This document shows, in pieces, positions 45,611 through 52,194 of a stretch of 52,194 bases of DNA. Positions within the stretch are counted from its first letter, which is position 1. The number at the start of each line of letters is the position of its first letter. This DNA is from an uncultured Candidatus Saccharibacteria bacterium (GTDB lineage: Bacteria; Patescibacteriota; Andersenbacteria; UBA10190). The stretch spans positions 1 through 52,194 of the forward strand of contig CAYUBL010000005.1 of the NCBI GenBank assembly GCA_964443125.1. Direction: 5' to 3'. Both the position numbers and the translations under genes were made by a program. The notes under the pieces were generated by a model. That model made no database searches, was not told the origin of the DNA, and was given only the letters and a program-made list of their open reading frames with translations.

Positions 45611-47155
45611 TTATACGAAATCCGGAAGCGCTTGCGCCAATTGTTCTCGATATTGCAGCGCTTCCGCGATATGCTTTGCCCCTATAGCATCCGATGATTC
45701 CAAATCCGCAATCGTGCGCGAAACTTTTAATAAGCGATGAATCCCTCTTGATGAGAGTCGAAATGTGTCCTGCGCTTTGACGAGCAGCCGGCGCGCAGAA
45801 TCGTCCATAGCTGCGTATTCCAGCAATTCTTTGGGCTTTAGTTCCGAATTCAATTTTCCTTGCCGATCCCACTGGCGCTTTCGGGCAGCTAGTACAAGGC
45901 GAGCATAGTCTTTCGATGATGCGCCGGATGTCTCACTGGAGAGCAACTCCTCTGCAGGGACGTCATTTACCAGAACATGCAAATCGAACCGATCAATCAT
46001 GGGGCCGGATATCCTGCGCTGATATCGCACAATATCTGCGGCAGAACAGGTGCATGTTTTCCTCGCACTTCCCACAAATCCGCACGGGCACGGATTCATT
46101 GCTCCGACAATCATTGCCCGAGCCGGAAACCGCACCGAATGCGCAGCGCGAGATATCGTAACCATGCCGTCCTCGATAGGAGCGCGAAGCTGTTCCAAAA
46201 CAGATCGCGGAAATTCAGGAAGCTCATCCAAAAACAATACGCCATGATGCGCAAGCGTTACTTCTCCCGGCTTCGGGACTGTACCTCCCCCGACTAACGC
46301 CACGCTCGAAGCTCCGTGGTGAGGACTTCGAAATGGCCTCTCCCGCATGAGTCCCGTCTCCGCAGCCAATAACCCTGCAATGGAATAAATAGACGTCACC
46401 ACAAATGCTTCTTCGCGAGTTAGTTGAGGCAAAATTCCATTCATTGCGCGTGCGAGCAGCGTCTTTCCGGTCCCGGGAGGACCCACCAAAAGACCGTTGT
46501 GCGCTCCTGCCGCGCAGACCACAAGCGCCCGCTTTGCATGTTCCTGGCCTCGGATCTCGTTCATATTAATATCGGGCATCCGGTACCCTTCCCATGCATC
46601 GTCTGCAAGATCCGGTTGTAAAAACCCATCCTCCCCTCCGGATGAAAGCAAGTCGATAAGCTCACGCATGGAATGCAACGGATAAATCTGCACCTTATCT
46701 GCGAGCGGAGCAGCTTCCCGGATGTTGCCGGCCGGAATATACAGGCGCTTCATGTTGTTTCGGATTGCGGATAATGCGATCGGCAATATGCCATGCACCG
46801 GGCGAATAGAGCCGTCGAGTGCAAGCTCTCCCACAAACCACGAAGAATCCAGTATCGCCGAATCAACGGTGACTTGCCCGCTTGCTGAGAGAAATCCGAT
46901 CGTAATAGGAAGATCATATAGCGATCCTTCTTTTTTCAGGCTTGCGGGAGCCAAAGACACGATTGTTTTCCTTCTGGGCGGCGTGTACCCGGAATTCGTA
47001 AGAGCTGCGGTCATTCTCTCTCGAGATTCCTGGATTGCCTTATCGGTTAATCCGACCAACGTAAAGCTTGGCAATCCTTGCAGAACATCAACTTCAACAT
47101 CAACGGGCAACGCATCAATTCCGTATACCGCTGCGGATCGTATGTGTGCGGGCAT
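45611..47155 (-). CDS. comM: YifB/ComM family Mg-chelatase-like AAA+ ATPase
   Basis: AAVYGIDALPVDVEVD, LVGPPGTGKTLLA, GVLFLDELPEF, the MIVGAMNPCPCG zinc motif, C-terminal RGIHRLLKVSRTIADL. Confidence 0.9.
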   Translation of the reverse strand: MPAHIRSAAVYGIDALPVDVEVDVLQGLPSFTLVGLTDKAIQESRERMTAALTNSGYTPPRRKTIVSLAPASLKKEGSLYDLPITIGFLSASGQVTVDSAILDSSWFVGELALDGSIRPVHGILPIALSAIRNNMKRLYIPAGNIREAAPLADKVQIYPLHSMRELIDLLSSGGEDGFLQPDLADDAWEGYRMPDINMNEIRGQEHAKRALVVCAAGAHNGLLVGPPGTGKTLLARAMNGILPQLTREEAFVVTSIYSIAGLLAAETGLMRERPFRSPHHGASSVALVGGGTVPKPGEVTLAHHGVLFLDELPEFPRSVLEQLRAPIEDGMVTISRAAHSVRFPARAMIVGAMNPCPCGFVGSARKTCTCSAADIVRYQRRISGPMIDRFDLHVLVNDVPAEELLSSETSGASSKDYARLVLAARKRQWDRQGKLNSELKPKELLEYAAMDDSARRLLVKAQDTFRLSSRGIHRLLKVSRTIADLESSDAIGAKHIAEALQYREQLAQALPDFV

Positions 47156-47564
47156 CGTCTTTAGTATACAACCATATTGCCCACAATACCCCGGCTGCAA
47201 TCCCGATATCCGCGATATTCAGCCGTAACGCATATATCCCGATAGGATCGCGCACAAAACCGAGGATCATGCGATCCAGTGCATTGCTTAGTCCCCCTGC
47301 GGCAACCAGCGCAAGCGGCGATGCAAGATCTTTTTTCGCATACCATATCGCGCCGAGTATAATACTCCCCGCAAGAAGAGCCCAATACGAGTAGGAGGAA
47401 TTCTCATGCCGGTATACATCCCCCGCTCGGCCGCTTAATACAAAACTGCTTGCCTGGGATAATACAAGCGCACAAAAAAAGACCGTTGCTGCGCCCTTAT
47501 GACGCAATAACGGTCGTTGCTGCCGGATTTGCCCGGAGTCTTTCTTCCGGAATAACGGTTCCAT
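47115..47564 (-). CDS. lspA: lipoprotein signal peptidase (signal peptidase II)
   Basis: GGLSNALDRMILGFVRDPI and LNIADIGIAAGV. The start is uncertain (ORF track 47612; Met 47564; possible TTG 47507). It overlaps both neighbours. Confidence 0.8.
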   Translation of the reverse strand: MEPLFRKKDSGQIRQQRPLLRHKGAATVFFCALVLSQASSFVLSGRAGDVYRHENSSYSYWALLAGSIILGAIWYAKKDLASPLALVAAGGLSNALDRMILGFVRDPIGIYALRLNIADIGIAAGVLWAIWLYTKDDARTHTIRSGIRN

Positions 47565-47808
47565 CTTCGGTAACCCCGTACGTTCCCTGCTGTATTCTCT
47601 CAAGCGCCGCATTTATTTCTTCCAAGCGTTCTGAAGCGGCAGAATTACTCGCGCTTCTCGCCTGAAAATCCGCAACCTCCGTTGCGTTCTCCTCCTCGCT
47701 CCTGCCATAGTCCGGAAACCCATCCGTTTCTTTTACCTCTCCCGCAAGGCCTCTCTTCTCTTCGAGAAGCCGCTGCTTCATTTCTTCAATAAACTCTTGT
47801 GTATGCAT
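47497..47808 (-). CDS. DksA/TraR family protein lacking all four zinc-finger cysteines
   Basis: A coiled-coil N-terminal part, then IQQGTYGVTEDGTVIPEERLRANPAATTVIAS, which matches the C4 pattern YG.C..CG..I...RL.A.P.A..C..C with Cys replaced by T, G, V, S. Confidence 0.65.
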   Translation of the reverse strand: MHTQEFIEEMKQRLLEEKRGLAGEVKETDGFPDYGRSEEENATEVADFQARSASNSAASERLEEINAALERIQQGTYGVTEDGTVIPEERLRANPAATTVIAS

Positions 47809-47830
47809 AGATATATCAAAAATTAGTGAA

Positions 47831-47876
47831 GGCCGATTAGTCCGGCACAAATACATAATTTGACCTCTAATCGGCC
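47831..47876 (-). promoter_or_regulatory. 10-bp perfect stem-loop in the 5' region of the DksA-like gene
   Basis: GGCCGATTAG ... CTAATCGGCC with a 26-nt loop. On the minus strand it is followed by TTCACTAATTTTT and then the ATG at 47808. Confidence 0.45.
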
Positions 47877-47917
47877 CCCGAGCTCATGCCCGCAGCCGTT
47901 TCAGGCAGATACCTGCC

Positions 47918-47974
47918 CTAAACAGCATTTTGCCAAGCAAGAGCTATGTGCATCGTTTCTACGTCCTGCTCCAT
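47918..47974 (-). CDS. 18-codon micro-ORF (MEQDVETMHIALAWQNAV) with consensus SD; candidate leader peptide
   Basis: GGTGAGGAGG lies 6-7 nt before the ATG at 47974. A GGCAG-gtat-CTGCC hairpin follows the stop directly. An in-frame extension to 43 codons lacks an RBS. Confidence 0.3.
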   Translation of the reverse strand: MEQDVETMHIALAWQNAV

Positions 47975-48371
47975 AGAAATCCTCCTCACCATAATTGCGG
48001 TTCCGATTACATACATTTGCCATAGGCAACCTGTATTTTTTGTAACCATCTCCGCTGAAAATGAACAAACGTACAAACCTTTTTCTTCAAGTGTTTATTT
48101 TTATTATTTTTGGCTGAAGCAGATCAGCTCTTCCTTACAGTGAAGGGGTACTTCCAATAAGGAAGCACGGGCAAAAAACATACCTATCCTTTCTATCCAC
48201 GCTTCCTTACCTTCGTTGCTTTGTATATTTTCAATGTGCGATTCGCTGTCCTCCGTTTGTGTGGTCCTGAGTGCGAGTCGCGGGCGTATCTCATCAGAAC
48301 CTTGTTTGTATATGCTGTTTGTTTCGCTTGTTTGTGTTGTTTTTTCTCAGGAAATCCTGAGCGATATACCC

Positions 48372-48400
48372 ATTATAGCAGTTTTCAGGGGTCGGGTCAA
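48372..48400 (-). promoter_or_regulatory. near-consensus sigma70 promoter (TTGACC-17 nt-TATAAT with TGn extended -10)
   Basis: The minus strand reads TTGACCcgacccctgaaaacTGCTATAAT, with the spacer counted by hand. No ORF of at least 60 aa follows for about 560 nt. Confidence 0.5.
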
Positions 48401-48591
48401 AGGAAAAACATCATTTTTTGAACATATCTTTTGTTCATATGTTTTTCTCTCCATTTCAGCACTTCTCCCTGTTGCGCAGTCTGTTTCGCATGCACTTTTC
48501 CTTCGTGCGTCTGCAAATATATCCCCTGTTCTCCACAGACAGTCACGGCACTCCTTCGCTCATCCTCACCCTGCAACCTATCCATGATCAT
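48397..48591 (-). other. 64-codon ORF, possibly a decayed GIY-YIG nuclease remnant
   Basis: GIYLQTHEGKVHAKQT..(L)KWREKH loosely parallels the GIY-(x9-11)-YIG-xT...R..EH pattern, with YIG degenerated to HAK. The RBS is weak and the stop lies inside the -35 of the promoter above. Confidence 0.25.
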
Positions 48592-48670
48592 TTGCTCTCA
48601 CAAAGCAGCATGCTTGCCGATCGCCCTTTTTCTTTTTGTCGAGCACTGTCCGCTTGAAGACGCGTCTCGC

Positions 48671-49945
48671 CTACCCCCCTTCTACAATTCTATCTATCCA
48701 CACCTCGATCCCATTTTCATCGCCGGCATATTCAATAGCCTTTATACCCTCTTCTATCCCCATCGCATGAAGAAGCTCTCCTTGTATATTCCCTCTCCAT
48801 GCACGCTTGGCCACTTGCAAGAACGACACGAGCTCATCCCCAATCTTCTCTTCATCAGCGAACACTACAGCATTTCCTTGTCCGCACAAAAATACCTGCT
48901 CATCATACCCCCTGCTTGGAAAACAGTTATTCTTTCCTTCGTTGAGAGAAAAACTGGTTTCCACCTTTCCCGGAATATACTCGTATCCGATCGTATTATC
49001 GGGAAGCGCAAACGCTCTTCTTTGCGGGTGGCGTACGGATTGTTCTGCGGCAATCCAGGTATTCATCCGCTCTGCAATGGCAGAATCCTCGGAAAACATC
49101 CCCACGGCACTCTCTTCCCCCCGCTTTGCAATTGTTACCGGTCCGATCGCGAGAAGATCCGACAGTATAGCGGGGCTCGTCTTTTGGAACCCAAGATCTT
49201 TTGCGAGCGCTGTCTCCAGTATTGCTTGGAAATTGTTAGGGATTATAGAGAGAATGTCGCTTTGTAAAGAAACGAATGACGTTTCTTGGGAGTTATATGA
49301 ACCCTCTGTCCGACCTCTCGTACCCGGCAGAAAATTCCCCTGTTGCAATGAGATCACTCCATGAATACCTCCCTGATTCTTTTGCGCATACATCGCGACA
49401 GATTGCCCGTTGCTATCAGAGGAAATCAGCTGAAATGCCGCTTGCGGATGAAGCGGCAATCGTTGCAATGCTACTTTTTGAAACACCTTTCCCAGCGCCC
49501 GTATTGGCCGCACGCCTTGAGCATTCACTCCTTGGCCAGAACTCTTGTACGCAATCACGATGAGCCCCAAACGGCGAGAAACCCATCCGTCTTCATCCAG
49601 CCGGGAACGCACTGTCGTTTGCGCAGATAATCGCGGAATTACAATCACCGTTTCTCCTCGGTCATCTTGTTGATATACGATACTGCGGACGTTCGTGATG
49701 CTCTCTTCGGGGACGGGTATGGTTTTGCGTACTGCTTCTCGCATGCGAGAACCCGTGAACGCAAGTGCCGCATCTTCATATCCGATCCGACGTGCTTCTT
49801 TGCCCGTTTCAGGAAGCAGCGCAAATAGGAACCATAGCGAACTTGTAACAAGCAATACAAGAACCGCGGCACCGCATACACATGCCGCACCGATACCCAA
49901 TGAATACCTCCAGGGGTTTTTCATACTGCCCACTATATCATGCAA
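48671..49945 (-). CDS. membrane-anchored hypothetical protein (N-terminal TM, large extracytoplasmic domain)
   Basis: 424 aa with a TTG start that abuts the upstream gene's stop. TM helix: LGIGAACVCGAAVLVLLVTSSLWFLFALL. No motif recognised. Confidence 0.6.
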   Translation of the reverse strand: MHDIVGSMKNPWRYSLGIGAACVCGAAVLVLLVTSSLWFLFALLPETGKEARRIGYEDAALAFTGSRMREAVRKTIPVPEESITNVRSIVYQQDDRGETVIVIPRLSAQTTVRSRLDEDGWVSRRLGLIVIAYKSSGQGVNAQGVRPIRALGKVFQKVALQRLPLHPQAAFQLISSDSNGQSVAMYAQKNQGGIHGVISLQQGNFLPGTRGRTEGSYNSQETSFVSLQSDILSIIPNNFQAILETALAKDLGFQKTSPAILSDLLAIGPVTIAKRGEESAVGMFSEDSAIAERMNTWIAAEQSVRHPQRRAFALPDNTIGYEYIPGKVETSFSLNEGKNNCFPSRGYDEQVFLCGQGNAVVFADEEKIGDELVSFLQVAKRAWRGNIQGELLHAMGIEEGIKAIEYAGDENGIEVWIDRIVEGG

Positions 49946-51523
49946 TTATTCCAAGAAAAGCACTGCCTGGATATCCGTTCCGATGCTTGTATTATGCGAG
50001 GAAACAATGACGGGTACTGCTTTTCCAGCGGAGGCGGCAGGCAATACGGAGAGCAGTGCCGGATCCTGTATATTCCCGAGCATAAAGGATCTGTTCTCCA
50101 TCACTGCGGCTGCCTTCTGTATCAGCTCGCTCCACTGCTCCCCTTCGAACATCCCGGGCCTTTCCTTCAACACGGTATCGATAAGAGACGACATTCCTTC
50201 TCGGGAAGATGCAACAAGGATAAAGTTATCCCCTACGAGATAATCAAGTGCTTGCGTTTGGCCATTGAGATTTACGTATCGCAGCGGAACGCCCTTATAT
50301 TCCCCATCCTGGAATACAACTTGGATTCCTAGGCTTTTCCCCACAATCAACGGAATGAGAGCCGGTAAAGCCTGCTCAATCACTGGATCTCCTGTATGAA
50401 TTTGCTTCTTCAGCGATTCCGGAAGAGCAATCATAATGCCGATATCCCGGACTCCATCTGCTCCTTGGCGTCCAAACACGGCATACGGATCGGTAAGCTG
50501 CATTAAAAATTGCCGAACGCTGGGCTGGGCTATTGCAACGCCATCCAGCTTTGCGCCCTCCTCCTGCCACTTCATCAGCTCGTCTGCGAATCGAAGTCCG
50601 ACATAGCTAAACGTCACATCCTCCGGAATAAGCGACATAAGCTCCCCGGTCTGCGGAAGGAATCCTTGCGTCGGCGGCTCTCCGGGGTTATGCGCAGCAG
50701 CCCACATGGTTCCGTCTTCCGAGGTAGACGTTACTCGAAATACCAAGCCGCCGAGTCGAGACATGCCAATCGTACTGGACGCGATTGCATTAAATTCCTG
50801 GGAGACAAATACGGGGCTTAATGCATATTGCACCAAGTAATCCGCCGCTTCCTCTGTAGGCACAAGCGGGCTTTCCTGTGTTATTGCACTTACCGCAAGT
50901 GCGTCGGCATATTGCTTGGTATCAAGCGCATGCATAATGTACCATCCTTTGTAATCAAGAACTTGTTTGTCGCTTTGTGTAGAAACAAACTGAGTTGTTC
51001 CTTCGGTTTTCTTCAGTAACAAGAATGGTCGAATATTATCCGGCATCAGTACATAGTATGCGTGCGTAATATCCGGAATTGAGAGGAGCGGCAGCGGGTT
51101 GCCAATTTCATTATCTACGCGCTCACTCCACCATGCTTGAATCGCCTGCCTACTCTCGCTGGTTCCGACCGAGTAATCAACCACCGCTACCGCATCTCGC
51201 GGAATAACTTCATATACCGCTGCGACTGTTTCTTGAGGAAGGATATACGAAGCATTGTTCGTCCACCATGTATACGCATATGCCGCCGCGCCCAATAACA
51301 CAAAGAAGAGTGCGATATATGCGATGCCGATGATAGTGTTTATCCGCTTCTTTTCCGGGCGTATGATCGATTTTTCTTCCTGCATCTTTTTCTTCGAGGG
51401 CTTTTGCTTTACAGATTCGCTTTGCTCTCTCCCCAACTCTTCCGGTGTATCGAGCGCAACAGACTTCGATGGCGTATCTGCCATGTCATTTTTCATGGTA
51501 CGAATAACAAGCTCCTCCGGCAT
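49946..51523 (-). CDS. membrane-anchored hypothetical protein (charged N-terminus, one TM, large extracytoplasmic domain)
   Basis: 525 aa. TM helix IIGIAYIALFFVLLGAAAYAY follows a Lys/Glu-rich 60-aa cytoplasmic head. The architecture resembles DUF3352-type proteins, but this is a weak memory-based call. Confidence 0.6.
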   Translation of the reverse strand: MPEELVIRTMKNDMADTPSKSVALDTPEELGREQSESVKQKPSKKKMQEEKSIIRPEKKRINTIIGIAYIALFFVLLGAAAYAYTWWTNNASYILPQETVAAVYEVIPRDAVAVVDYSVGTSESRQAIQAWWSERVDNEIGNPLPLLSIPDITHAYYVLMPDNIRPFLLLKKTEGTTQFVSTQSDKQVLDYKGWYIMHALDTKQYADALAVSAITQESPLVPTEEAADYLVQYALSPVFVSQEFNAIASSTIGMSRLGGLVFRVTSTSEDGTMWAAAHNPGEPPTQGFLPQTGELMSLIPEDVTFSYVGLRFADELMKWQEEGAKLDGVAIAQPSVRQFLMQLTDPYAVFGRQGADGVRDIGIMIALPESLKKQIHTGDPVIEQALPALIPLIVGKSLGIQVVFQDGEYKGVPLRYVNLNGQTQALDYLVGDNFILVASSREGMSSLIDTVLKERPGMFEGEQWSELIQKAAAVMENRSFMLGNIQDPALLSVLPAASAGKAVPVIVSSHNTSIGTDIQAVLFLE

Positions 51524-51543
51524 GCTATGTAGTATACCAAGCT

Positions 51544-52194
51544 CTATCGTTTGTGTGGAGGAGTCGGACCTCTAAATGGCGTGTCTTTGGGAGGTAAAAA
51601 TGTATTCGGCTTTTTTCCATCTTTATTCGATCGCAGTGCGGCCTTGTGGGAAAGGCTAATTCTGCCCGTAGAATCTATTTCCAGAACAATGACCGGTAAA
51701 ATATCGCCGACCTTTACCACGTCGTTGATATTATTCACCCGCTCTTCCCGGAATTGAGAAATGTGCACCAACCCGTCTACATTCGGAAGCAGCTCAACAA
51801 ACGCCCCGAAATCCATAATCTTCACAACTCGCGCATCAAATCGCTCTCCCACTTTTATTTCCCGCGTCATGTTGTGCACCCATTCTTTGGCCTTTTCCAT
51901 TGCGATCGGATCGTTGGATGTAATAGATACCAATCCATCATCTTCAATAGAGATATCAACGCCCGTCTCTTCGATAATCGCATTGATATGCTTCCCCTTC
52001 GGGCCGATTAAATCCCCAATCTTCTCGACCGGAACCCTCATGGTATGAATGCGAGGAGCATACGGAGACAATTGTGCCCGAGGCGCAGGAAGCACCGCTT
52101 GCATCTTTTCCAGAATAGAAAGCCGTGCAGCGCGCGCTTGGTCGAGCGCCTTCGCAAGTATCTCCCGCGTCAGCCCGGTAACCTTGATATCCAT
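51544..52194 (-). CDS. pnp: polyribonucleotide nucleotidyltransferase (PNPase), C-terminal part; the N-terminus lies beyond the window
   Basis: KH domain (VEKIGDLIGPKGKHINAIIEETG) and S1 domain (VGERFDARVVKIMDFGAFVELLPNVDGLVHISQ). The ORF is open to the window edge. Confidence 0.9.
   Translation of the reverse strand: MDIKVTGLTREILAKALDQARAARLSILEKMQAVLPAPRAQLSPYAPRIHTMRVPVEKIGDLIGPKGKHINAIIEETGVDISIEDDGLVSITSNDPIAMEKAKEWVHNMTREIKVGERFDARVVKIMDFGAFVELLPNVDGLVHISQFREERVNNINDVVKVGDILPVIVLEIDSTGRISLSHKAALRSNKDGKKPNTFLPPKDTPFRGPTPPHKR

Noticed and set aside
47860-47885. A tmRNA-like 5' end (GGGGGCCGAUUAGAGGUC) on the minus strand.
   Set aside because: No tRNA-like 3' end with T arm and CCA exists downstream. 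The sequence runs straight into the DksA-like coding region, and the motif forms the 5' arm of a simple 10-bp hairpin.
48110-48170. A possible SRP RNA or 6S RNA, because of GAAGCAG and nested hairpins.
   Set aside because: The conserved SRP domain IV motifs (GGAA tetraloop with the AGCA/GNAR symmetric loop) are absent. 6S cannot be judged from sequence alone. This is kept only as part of the generic ncRNA/leader finding.

Overview
This is a densely coding 52.2-kb bacterial chromosome segment. I count about 60 protein genes and 5 tRNA genes, one of which is only a 3' fragment at the left edge. I saw no rRNA, CRISPR array, transposase, integrase or phage genes.

The gene content suggests a small-genome Patescibacteria/CPR-like organism; this is inference, not proof. 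Supporting features are short ValRS and MetRS, TsaD, RecG, PNPase, MurI, a Ddl-like ligase, a class A PBP, two VanW proteins and a 3D-domain protein. Others are a CxxC-x17-CxxC protein, a 50-aa Lys/Arg-rich protein, five NUDIX hydrolases and a CarS-like enzyme.

Composition is mosaic. The flanks (1-7.3 kb and 24.3-52 kb) are GC-richer and mostly housekeeping. Roughly 7.3-24.2 kb is AT-richer and carries accessory enzymes.

The most interesting observations:
- A GAMT-like methyltransferase lies next to an ODC-fold decarboxylase with substituted active-site residues and an EamA permease.
- A ~108-nt conserved element with its own terminator occurs twice and brackets a prenyl-synthase-like / NUDIX / UppS module.
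- A CDP-archaeol-synthase-like gene sits in a bacterial context.
- An ~860-nt gene-poor stretch carries a near-consensus promoter, hairpins and micro-ORFs upstream of a Cys-free DksA-like gene.
- A possible leaderless-uORF plus terminator attenuator precedes an ABC exporter.
- A 5' fragment of an epimerase/dehydratase gene is fused out of frame to a 5'-truncated LD-carboxypeptidase gene.

All family calls come from motifs read by eye and from remembered family sequences. No database search was run. Coordinates of non-ORF features may be off by 1-2 nt.
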